A model generated the notes under the pieces. It ran no database searches. It was given only the letters and a program-made list of their open reading frames with translations, and was not told the origin of the DNA. A program made the translations under genes and the position numbers. Below are positions 45,327 through 53,164 of a stretch of DNA of 55,679 bases, piece after piece. Origin of the DNA: Acidimicrobiia bacterium (GTDB lineage Bacteria > Actinomycetota > Acidimicrobiia > Spongiisociales > ZC4RG35); assembly GCA_041591895.1 (NCBI GenBank), contig JBFHRE010000003.1, forward strand, positions 1-55,679. The letters are read 5' to 3'. Each line of letters begins with the position of its first letter. Positions within the stretch are counted from its first letter, which is position 1.

Positions 45327-45413
45327 CGAACCGTGGGCCCACCAACACCGTCACGGTGTTCACGAACCCAGGGTTCAGGGATACCGCCACGGTGTTCAGC
45401 GGCCCACGGTTCG
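45327..45413. repeat. REP-like modular palindromic element, copy C (dimer sharing the central module)
   Basis: CGAACCGTGGGCC...AACACCGTCACGGTGTT...GAACCCAGGGTTC...ATACCGCCACGGTGT...GGCCCACGGTTCG. Confidence 0.85.
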
Positions 45414-45426
45414 ACCAAGTCACCGG

Positions 45427-48147
45427 TCACGGGGCTCGGTAGGCATCAGGCGTGGGCTTGACCGGGCGGTCGAGCCAGAGCGGCCGCCGCAAGCCACCCG
45501 GCCCAGGTCCGGGGCGGGTCATCGCCAGCCATTCCCGGTAGATCTCGAAGCTCTTGGCGGTGTCCACCACCACATCCCCATATCGGTCACCCGGCTCCGC
45601 CTTGGTCAGCCGAACCCGCTGGTGCCACGCGTGGACCCCACTGACCGGGTCGGGGTGAGGCGGGAAAGCCAGGTTCTGATTGACCCCGGCATCCTTCCAC
45701 CAGATCCGCTCCGAGTCCGGGTCGTCGGACACGAACGGCTCTATCCCCTTCTTCTGCCGCAGCCGCCAGGTGGAATCCCCGGTCTTTTCGATGTCGACCA
45801 GAGCGGACGACCACCGCTCGTTGCCCATCGAGTCGGACAGCCTCCACCGGCCGAGATGATGCGACGCCGCCACAACGCCTGGACGGATGCCCTCGGTCCG
45901 CCACACTCGCATCACGAAGTGCCCGGTGTCGGTGGCGATCCTCACCAGATCGGAGGTCTCGAAGCCGAGGTCGTCTGCATCCCGTGGATTCATCCACAGC
46001 GGATGTCCATGGCTGATCTCGTACAGATACTTGGCGTTCCCCGATCGGGTGTGGATCAGGGTCGGAAGGCGGAAGATGGGAAGCAGGATCCGCTCATTTC
46101 CGCCCAGATCCAGGTCGCGCCAGTGGACGTGGGTGCGGAGATAAGTGGGAATGGCGGCGTCGTCCCATCCCCAGTCGCGCAGGGTCGGCGAAAACCATTC
46201 GAGCTTCTTGGATGGCGATCGAAATCCGTGCCGGACGGTTCCGTCGATGTCGATCCCGCCATCGGTCTCCCTCTCGTGGACCTCGTAGATGTCGCGCTCG
46301 ACCTCGAACGCCCCGTACTTCCGCATGAACCCGAGCGGCGACAGCCCTTCGGCCGCTGCCCTATCGGGAAGACCGGGAACGGAGTTCTCGAACATCCAGC
46401 CGTAGTACTCGTCGACCGAAATCGGCCGGCCGGGGTCCACCGGCGACTCGAACCACTTCCGAATCCCAAGGGACCCATCGGGATCGATCCGCCAGGAGAG
46501 GTCGATCCAGAACTCGGTCTCCTCCCACACCTCACCCGGATTGGCCTCGTGGGTCCGGTTGAATGTCTTGCCCTCCCGCTCCCCGGCAACCCGCAGCACC
46601 GGCTGCCGGAACCCAAGCCACTGGCTGGCGTGCGTCTCATAACTGTGGGTGTCATGTCGCTCCGACCCGACGCCCATGGGCAGCACGTAATCGGCGTACC
46701 AGGCGGTCTCCGACCAGGTGGGCGTCAGAGCGACGTGCAAGCCCACCAGCGATTCGTCGGTCAGCACCTCGATCCAGCTGAAGCCGTCCGGGTTGGTCCA
46801 CACCGGGTTGTACACCCGGGTGAAGTACACGTCGAGCTTGCCCCGGCCCTCCTTCAGGAAGTGCGGCAGCAAGAAGCTCATCTCGTGGTGGGCGAGCGGG
46901 TATTCCTTCGGCCACAGCAACTCGTTCCAGCGCGAGTGGGGCGGCGGCATGTTCCAGTGCTCGGGCTTGAACTTGTCCCAAGCGCTCGGGGAAGTACCGC
47001 CCTTGGTTCCCACCGAGCCCGTGAGCACGTGCAGGAGCATCAACGTCCGCGCCGCCTGCCACCCTCCGAGGTTGCCGGAGCCTGTCGACCGCCAGGTGTG
47101 GGACGAGAACGCCGAACCGGCCCGGGCGATCTCCCGCGCAACAATCTCGATCTTCTCGACCGGGACACCGGTCTCCTCCGCCGCCCACTCCAGGGTGTAG
47201 TCGGCGTAAGTCCGCTTCAGGAGATCGACGAACCGCTCATAGATACGCTCGCCGCCGGGCTCCAGCGCCTCGAGCGCTTCCTCCCAGTTCACCCACCGGC
47301 GGACGAAGTCGTGGTCGACCGCGTCCCACTCGAGGAGGAGCCGGGCCATGGCCAGGAACATCGCCGGTTCGGTGCCCGGCCAGGGCGACAGCCAGTAGTC
47401 GGACATAGAAGCCGTGTTGGACAGCCGCGGATCGATCGTCGCCAGCTTGGCTCCCGCCTGCCGGCCCTCCATGATCCGCTGGGCGTGGGGGTTGAAGTAG
47501 TGGCCTGTTTCCAGGTGGCTCGACAGCAGCAGGATGAACCGAGCGTTGGCGAAGTCGGCTGAGGGTCGGTCCCATCCCATCCACATCGCGTACCCGACCC
47601 TGGCACCGGCTGAACAGATGTTGGTGTGGGAATTGTGCCCGTCCACTCCCCAGGCCTTGAGGGTCCGGTCCATGAACCCGTCTTCGCCCGGGCGCCCGAC
47701 GTGGTACATGACCTCGTCGTGCCGTCCCTCGCTGATGGCCTTGCCGATCCTCGATCCGATGTCGTCCAGCGCCTCTTCCCACGTGACTCGCTCCCACTCC
47801 CCCGAGCCCCGCGGACCCTTGCGACGGAGCGGGAAGAGGATCCGCTCCGGGTCGTACATCTGGTTGATCGTCGCCGGGCCTTTGGCGCAGTTGCGGCCCC
47901 GCGATCCGGGATGGGCCGGGTTGCCCTCGAACTTGCGGACCTGGCCGCTCTCCTTGTCCACATAGGCGAGCAGCCCACAGGCGGACTCACAGTTGAAGCA
48001 GGTGGTCGGAACCAGCCGGTACTCGTGGGCGACCCGCTCCGGCCAGGCCTTGGCGTCGTACTCCTGCCAGTCGTCCCAGCGATCGGGTGGCGGGAAGTTG
48101 GTGAGCCCCGTCCCCGGAATCAACCGCGGTATCTGGTCATCCGTCAT
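45427..48147 (-). CDS. Mo/W-bisPGD (DMSO reductase family) oxidoreductase catalytic subunit with N-terminal 4Fe-4S; no Tat signal
   Basis: FS0 motif 'CFNCESAC...NCAKG'; putative Cys Mo-ligand 'NSHTNICS'; C-terminal 'LWMNPRDA'; no twin-arginine leader; SD GAGG. Confidence 0.92.
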   Translation of the reverse strand: MTDDQIPRLIPGTGLTNFPPPDRWDDWQEYDAKAWPERVAHEYRLVPTTCFNCESACGLLAYVDKESGQVRKFEGNPAHPGSRGRNCAKGPATINQMYDPERILFPLRRKGPRGSGEWERVTWEEALDDIGSRIGKAISEGRHDEVMYHVGRPGEDGFMDRTLKAWGVDGHNSHTNICSAGARVGYAMWMGWDRPSADFANARFILLLSSHLETGHYFNPHAQRIMEGRQAGAKLATIDPRLSNTASMSDYWLSPWPGTEPAMFLAMARLLLEWDAVDHDFVRRWVNWEEALEALEPGGERIYERFVDLLKRTYADYTLEWAAEETGVPVEKIEIVAREIARAGSAFSSHTWRSTGSGNLGGWQAARTLMLLHVLTGSVGTKGGTSPSAWDKFKPEHWNMPPPHSRWNELLWPKEYPLAHHEMSFLLPHFLKEGRGKLDVYFTRVYNPVWTNPDGFSWIEVLTDESLVGLHVALTPTWSETAWYADYVLPMGVGSERHDTHSYETHASQWLGFRQPVLRVAGEREGKTFNRTHEANPGEVWEETEFWIDLSWRIDPDGSLGIRKWFESPVDPGRPISVDEYYGWMFENSVPGLPDRAAAEGLSPLGFMRKYGAFEVERDIYEVHERETDGGIDIDGTVRHGFRSPSKKLEWFSPTLRDWGWDDAAIPTYLRTHVHWRDLDLGGNERILLPIFRLPTLIHTRSGNAKYLYEISHGHPLWMNPRDADDLGFETSDLVRIATDTGHFVMRVWRTEGIRPGVVAASHHLGRWRLSDSMGNERWSSALVDIEKTGDSTWRLRQKKGIEPFVSDDPDSERIWWKDAGVNQNLAFPPHPDPVSGVHAWHQRVRLTKAEPGDRYGDVVVDTAKSFEIYREWLAMTRPGPGPGGLRRPLWLDRPVKPTPDAYRAP

Positions 48148-48186
48148 GGTCCTACCTCTCGGAGGGGTGCGGCCACCATCTTCCGT

Positions 48187-48220
48187 CGACCCTCGACTCG
48201 GGACTCGCGACCCGCGACGA
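48187..48220. repeat. Short degenerate heptamer tandem repeat
   Basis: cgaccct-cgactcg-ggactcg-cgacccg-cgacga in the intercistronic gap. Confidence 0.5.
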
Positions 48221-48237
48221 GGCCGCCGGCGGCGGCC

Positions 48238-49806
48238 TCACGAAAGTGGAACACTCTGACCTGCTTTCACGAAGGCATCGTCGGAGAACCAGATCCCGGC
48301 GGAGGCGGCGATCCCTCCCATGGCGGCCACCCAGAGGGGAGATCCGCTCAGGGTGCCGGCGCCGAATGCAACCGGGACCAGAACCCCGAGCATCTGCCCT
48401 CCCCACCACCACTGGCGGGAGAAGGCGCCCCTCGTCATGTGGTGCATTGCCATCTCGATGTTTCGCGTCGGGTGCCGCGACGACAGTTCGGCCAGTGCGA
48501 TCAGACCCAGAGCGCCGGCGCCGGACACCATCGCCCACGTCGATGCGCGGGCGAAGACATCGTCGAGTTCGCCGAGCAATGCCACGAGCACGGAGGCCCC
48601 GCCACCGGCGGCGATGGCGCCGGCGATCATGTGCCACAGCAGGCTCGGGCTCTGCCAGAGGTCGCGAGCCTCGGCTTGTCCGAAGAGAAACGCCGTGTAG
48701 CCCGCAGTGGCGAGCGCCAGAGGAACCGAGATCCAGACAAACGGCCTCACCGACACCTCGGACAACAGGCCGACCAGAAACCACACGCCGATCACGGAGG
48801 CATAGGCCCCGAGGATCCAGGCCCCCCGCACGAGCCATGAACCCGAGTTTCCCTTGGTCAACAGGTACCAAAAGCGATCGGGCCGTTTGAGATCCCAAAC
48901 CAACAGGGCGCCGGTCAACGCCACGAACAGCCCGGCCACGAGCGGCAGGCCCCAGCGCATCCATGCCGTTCCGGCGTCGGCGCCCAGCCCCAGCGCGATT
49001 GCCGCCGCCAACACGAGACCGGCAGCAATCCCCTTCGTGAGGAAGTACGACGAAACCCGCCACCCCCACGGCATCGGGTGATCGGTGTTGTAAACCACCC
49101 GGGGTGCCGCCTCGTCATACCGCGTCGTGACCGGCCCTGCCGGACCCGAGCGATCACGGGGCGAGAGATCCACGTTGAGCCAGGCGGGAGCCGGCGAGGG
49201 ATCGTCGCGCCAAATCATCGACCCGGCGCGGGTCTCTGCCATCACCGGATCGAGGTTCACCTCTCGTGCGCCCTTGTACCAGAGCTTTGGATTCGTGCCC
49301 TGTTCGGCCGCCCTGACGTGCAGTTCCTCGGTGGCAACCATTCGGGAGATCTTCGTGAGCGGGTCGTCGAGATCACCGGCGATGATCGCCTGTTCGGGGC
49401 AAACGACCACACAGGCGGGTTCGAGTCCGACCTCGACGCGGTGCACGCAATAGTTGCATTTCTGGGCCGTGTGATCGTGCGGGTCGATGTAGAGGGCGTC
49501 GTACGGACACGCCTGCATGCACGACTTGCAACCGATGCAGCGGGAGGTGTCGAAGTCGACGATGCCGTCGTCTCGCTTGAACAGGGCCTTGGTCGGACAG
49601 ATCGTCACGCAGGGCGCGTCGGCGCAGTGATTGCATCTCATCACCGAGAACGACCGGGTGGTGTCAGGCCACGCCCCGGTCTCGACGTACTTGACCCAGG
49701 TCCGGTTCACGCCCAACGGAACTTGGTGCTCGGTCTTGCACGCCACCGTGCAGGCATGGCATCCGATACAGGTGTCCTGATCGATCACGAACCCGTATCG
49801 AGTCAT
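48238..49806 (-). CDS. Fusion of four-cluster ferredoxin (NrfC/DmsB/PsrB-like) and NrfD/PsrC-like membrane anchor
   Basis: CIGCHACTVAC, CNHCADAPCVTICP, CIGCKSCMQACP, KCNYC...ACVVVCP; then 'PWGWRVSSYFLTKGIAAG', 'DLKRPDRF', about 8 TM. Confidence 0.93.
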   Translation of the reverse strand: MTRYGFVIDQDTCIGCHACTVACKTEHQVPLGVNRTWVKYVETGAWPDTTRSFSVMRCNHCADAPCVTICPTKALFKRDDGIVDFDTSRCIGCKSCMQACPYDALYIDPHDHTAQKCNYCVHRVEVGLEPACVVVCPEQAIIAGDLDDPLTKISRMVATEELHVRAAEQGTNPKLWYKGAREVNLDPVMAETRAGSMIWRDDPSPAPAWLNVDLSPRDRSGPAGPVTTRYDEAAPRVVYNTDHPMPWGWRVSSYFLTKGIAAGLVLAAAIALGLGADAGTAWMRWGLPLVAGLFVALTGALLVWDLKRPDRFWYLLTKGNSGSWLVRGAWILGAYASVIGVWFLVGLLSEVSVRPFVWISVPLALATAGYTAFLFGQAEARDLWQSPSLLWHMIAGAIAAGGGASVLVALLGELDDVFARASTWAMVSGAGALGLIALAELSSRHPTRNIEMAMHHMTRGAFSRQWWWGGQMLGVLVPVAFGAGTLSGSPLWVAAMGGIAASAGIWFSDDAFVKAGQSVPLS

Positions 49807-49859
49807 GGCGTGGCTGATTCAACCGGCATCGAAGGCATCCTGGCAGGCCGACCGGAGGT

Positions 49860-50084
49860 TCAGGACTTCTCGAGCACGAAGTGAAAGCCGTCTTCCTGGT
49901 CGAACTGCTCCTTCAAGGCATGCCCCATGTCGCTCGCCCAGGATGGGATGTCCGACAATGCCCCTCTGTCGGTGGCGATCACCTCGAGGGTCTGGCCCGA
50001 AGCCAAATCCTTCATCGCCTGGCTGGTCTTGATCACCGGCATCGGGCACTGGAGCCCGCGTGCATCCACAACTACGTCTGCCAT
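49860..50084 (-). CDS. tusA: TusA-family sulfur carrier
   Basis: 'VDARGLQCPMPV' (CPxP); 74 aa; SD GAGGAG. Confidence 0.9.
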   Translation of the reverse strand: MADVVVDARGLQCPMPVIKTSQAMKDLASGQTLEVIATDRGALSDIPSWASDMGHALKEQFDQEDGFHFVLEKS

Positions 50085-50108
50085 GTGTGTCTCTCCTCTC
50101 CTGGTGTT

Positions 50109-50651
50109 CTAGATGAACAGGCTGATCTTGGCTTGCTTCATGAGGCTGATGGCAGAGCCTGCTCCCGCCGGCTTGTCGAGACCATCGATCATGTCCTCAG
50201 GTTTGAGCCCCATCAGGTCCATCGTCATCTGACACGGCCACAGCTTGACGCCCATCTCCTGGGCGAGTTCCAGCAGTTCTTGAACCGAGGCGACTTTGTT
50301 CTTGTCCGCCAGGTCCTTCATCATCTTCGCTCCCAGACCACCGAAGTTCATCGTGGACAGCTGGAGTCCCTGCGGAGAGCCCTTCTTGAAGACGGAGAGC
50401 ATCTTCTGCCGCCAGTCGTCGCCCACGACGCCGGCTTCCGGTTTCTTGAGAATGCCGAGCCCCCAGAACGTGAAGAATACGGTGACCTCCATTCCGTAGG
50501 CCGCCCCGGTCGTGGCCAGGATCAGCACCGGCCACGCCTTGTCCAGGTCGCCTGACGCCGCGATGAGAACCATCTTCTCCTTCTCGGCCGGACTTTCCTT
50601 CCCTGCCACCTGCTCGTCGGCCTCGGTGTCGGGCACCATCTGGGTCGTCAC
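50109..50651 (-). CDS. DsrE/DsrF/DrsH-like (DsrE2/YrkE-type) sulfurtransferase
   Basis: 'SGDLDKA...ILATTGAAYGMEVTVFFTFWGL...CQMTMDLMG...SLFI'; GTG start after GAGGAGG. Confidence 0.9.
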   Translation of the reverse strand: MTTQMVPDTEADEQVAGKESPAEKEKMVLIAASGDLDKAWPVLILATTGAAYGMEVTVFFTFWGLGILKKPEAGVVGDDWRQKMLSVFKKGSPQGLQLSTMNFGGLGAKMMKDLADKNKVASVQELLELAQEMGVKLWPCQMTMDLMGLKPEDMIDGLDKPAGAGSAISLMKQAKISLFI

Positions 50652-50686
50652 ATCACACCTCCTCGTCGCACGCCGAACGGTCTGAC

Positions 50687-50720
50687 TATGCGAACGTACG
50701 CATATGCAGAACCCAACATA
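50687..50720. promoter_or_regulatory. Putative ArsR-family operator upstream of the dsrE-tusA operon
   Basis: TATGCG-AACGTA-CGCATA (50687-50704) plus an adjacent degenerate ATGC-N8-ACAT. Confidence 0.75.
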
Positions 50721-50807
50721 CACCGCCGGCGCCGGATGCGCAGGCGAAACGGCAGACCTGTCACGAGTCGAGCTTGCTGAAATCCGAGATGTGCCAGAAT
50801 CAACCCG

Positions 50808-51128
50808 ATGTCCGACCTCAGTACCGAGTTCGCCGAGTTGCACGCACAGATCTGCAAAGGGCTCGCCGACCCCAAGCGCCTCCTCATCCTCAACGCGCTG
50901 CGGGACGGCGAGCGGTCGGTGACGGACATCTGCGAAGAGCTCGACCTCCCCCAGTCGAACGTGTCGCAACATCTAGCGGTGCTTCGGGACCGCGGATTGG
51001 CAGACACCAGACGCGACGGACAGCGGATCTTCTACTCGGTTTCGTCACCCAAGATCATCGCTGCCATGGACCTCCTGCGAGAGGTCATGCACGAGCAGCA
51101 CACCGGCGACGTCAGAGCATCTGCCTGA
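50808..51128 (+). CDS. ArsR/SmtB-family transcriptional regulator
   Basis: 'KGLADPKRLLILNAL..GERSV..I...L...QSNVSQHLAVLRDRGL...RRDGQRIFYS'. Confidence 0.93.
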   Translation: MSDLSTEFAELHAQICKGLADPKRLLILNALRDGERSVTDICEELDLPQSNVSQHLAVLRDRGLADTRRDGQRIFYSVSSPKIIAAMDLLREVMHEQHTGDVRASA

Positions 51129-51163
51129 GGACCGGGGCCGGCTGGTTTCATTCCAACCTGCAC

Positions 51164-51183
51164 ATATGCGACTAGTCGCATAT
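51164..51183. promoter_or_regulatory. Putative ArsR-family operator upstream of rhodanese/PDO-tauE
   Basis: Perfect 20-bp palindrome ATATGCGACTAGTCGCATAT with the same TATGCG-N6-CGCATA core as 50687. Confidence 0.8.
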
Positions 51184-51218
51184 ACTTCTTCGCTCACCCG
51201 TCGTAGAGGAGCGACCCG

Positions 51219-52343
51219 ATGTCATCGATCACCACCTCCGACCTCGCCCGGTTGGTCGACGACCCCGACCAGGTCCCGTTTCTGCTCGACGTGCGCGCTC
51301 CCGATCAGTTCGAGCGCTGGCGAATCGAAGGACGAGCGACCGCAGACACGCTGAACATCCCTTACTGGACCGCCATCACCGAGGACGCCCAGACGAAGGA
51401 GGCCATACCAAGCGACCGCGATGTGGTGGTGATCTGCGCCCACGGCGGCTCCTCGGATCTGGTCGTCGAGACACTTGGACTCCCCAATCTCCGCAACCTC
51501 GAAGGGGGAATGGATGCCTGGGCAAAGACTCTGGTTCCTCACACTCTGTTCGACGACGGAGACCATTTCGTCATCCAGTTCGACCGGATCGCCAAGGCCT
51601 GCTTGTCGTATGTAGTCGGCGCCCGCGGGCACGGCATGGCTGTGATCGACCCGGCGGCCGACCTCGCCCCCTATCTCGGGGTAGCCGAGGAGTACGACGC
51701 CCGGATCCTCCACGTATTCGACACCCACCTTCACGCCGACCACATCTCGTTGGCCCAACGCCTCGGCGACGAGGTCGGAGCCACCTATCGCATCTCCGAA
51801 GGGGACGCGGCGGGCGCCGCGTTCGATTACGCCGCCCTGCGCGATGGCGAGGTCTTTCGTTTCGGCGAGATGGACCTCATCGTTCGTTCGGTCGCCACCC
51901 CGGGTCACACTCCCGGGTCCACCTCGCTCGAGGTTGGCGGCCGGTTTCTCATGACCGGGGATGCGGTGTTCGTGACCGGGATCGGGAGACCTGACCTCGG
52001 GGGGCAGACCGAGCCATGGGCGCGCGACCTGTTCCACACGATTCACGACACGCTCGCCGATCTCGACCACGGACTCGAGGTGTGTCCGGCGCACTACACC
52101 GCTCGGTCCGAGGCAAACCTCGATGGCACCATCCGACGATCCCTAGGGGACCTGTTGGAGAATGACCCGGTCGTCTCGATGACAGACGAGGAAGCCTTTG
52201 TCGACCATGTCGTTGGGCACCTCGGCGACGCGCCGGGCATCTATCAGGACATAAGGCGTGTCAACCTGGGCCGCACCCAGGTGAGCGAGGAGGAGGCGAG
52301 CACACTCGAAGTCGGCCGCAACGAGTGCGCCCTGTCCAAATGA
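51219..52343 (+). CDS. Rhodanese-MBL-fold persulfide dioxygenase fusion (YrkH/CstB-like)
   Basis: N-terminal rhodanese 'LLDVRAP...VICAHGGSS...NLEGGM'; MBL 'DTHLHADH', 'TPGHTPGS', 'TGD', 'PAH'; C-terminal 'GRNECA'. Confidence 0.9.
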   Translation: MSSITTSDLARLVDDPDQVPFLLDVRAPDQFERWRIEGRATADTLNIPYWTAITEDAQTKEAIPSDRDVVVICAHGGSSDLVVETLGLPNLRNLEGGMDAWAKTLVPHTLFDDGDHFVIQFDRIAKACLSYVVGARGHGMAVIDPAADLAPYLGVAEEYDARILHVFDTHLHADHISLAQRLGDEVGATYRISEGDAAGAAFDYAALRDGEVFRFGEMDLIVRSVATPGHTPGSTSLEVGGRFLMTGDAVFVTGIGRPDLGGQTEPWARDLFHTIHDTLADLDHGLEVCPAHYTARSEANLDGTIRRSLGDLLENDPVVSMTDEEAFVDHVVGHLGDAPGIYQDIRRVNLGRTQVSEEEASTLEVGRNECALSK

Positions 52344-53155
52344 CGGACCCCCGCCGCCACCTCATCCGCGCAGTGATCGTGGGGCTGCTCGCCGGATCGC
52401 TGTCCGGCTTGTTCGGTGTAGGGGGCGGCATCATCCTGGTTCCGGGCCTGGTGATGATCGTCGGGCTCGGTGTGCGGAAGGCGGCTGCGACGTCGCTGGC
52501 GACGGTGGTACCGATCGCGACGTTCGGGCTGATCGGATACGCCACGGCGGGCAAAGTCGACGCCTGGCTCGCGCTGCTGGTCACGACCGGAGCACTCATC
52601 GGCACGTCGATCGGGACCCGGCTTCTACGGGTACTCCCGGAGCGAGTCCTCATCACCGCGTTCTCGGTTCTGCTGGTCCTCGTCGCGATCCGGATGTTCC
52701 AGGAATCCGGTTCGGCTCAAGTGCCGGACGATCCGTCGATCTTTGCCCTCGAAGCTGCCGGGATCGGTCTGTTCACAGGCATCCTCTCCGGGCTGTTCGG
52801 AGTGGGAGGCGGTTTCGTCATCGTGCCGGCCCTGGTGCTTCTGCTCGGCGAGGACCCGGCGATCGCCAAGGGGACGTCGCTCCTGGCGATGCTCCCTCCG
52901 GCGTTGCTCGGCACCTATCTGAATGGTCGCCGAGGCTTCGTGGACTGGCCGGTGACGGTCGCCGCCGGACTGGTCGGGGCCGGATTGTCCTTTGCCACCG
53001 CCGGAGTGTCGGTCGGACTCGACCCGGAGGTCGCCAACTTCACCTTCGCGATCCTGTTGCTGGCCGTGGCGTTGCGGATGGGGATCCAGGCGTACCGACA
53101 CTCGGATACGGCGTCGGCACCGGTACCCACCCAACCGGTGGAATCCCACGGCTGA
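52340..53155 (+). CDS. TauE/SafE family sulfite exporter
   Basis: Duplicated 'SGLFGVGGG..VP.L' motif, about 8 TM; ATGA coupling to the upstream gene. Confidence 0.92.
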   Translation: MTDPRRHLIRAVIVGLLAGSLSGLFGVGGGIILVPGLVMIVGLGVRKAAATSLATVVPIATFGLIGYATAGKVDAWLALLVTTGALIGTSIGTRLLRVLPERVLITAFSVLLVLVAIRMFQESGSAQVPDDPSIFALEAAGIGLFTGILSGLFGVGGGFVIVPALVLLLGEDPAIAKGTSLLAMLPPALLGTYLNGRRGFVDWPVTVAAGLVGAGLSFATAGVSVGLDPEVANFTFAILLLAVALRMGIQAYRHSDTASAPVPTQPVESHG

Positions 53156-53164
53156 GCGTCTGCG

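Noticed and set aside
44956-47562. 868-aa plus-strand ORF, and similar long ORFs at 121-2064, 10872-12641, 19249-20769 and 38570-40012
   Set aside because: Antisense or off-frame shadows of well-supported genes; Arg/Pro/Gly-rich with no motifs, as expected at high GC.
45427-48147. Formate dehydrogenase or selenoprotein
   Set aside because: No in-frame TGA, no FDH-type C/U-H ligand motif, and no fdhD nearby; the context points to sulfur metabolism.
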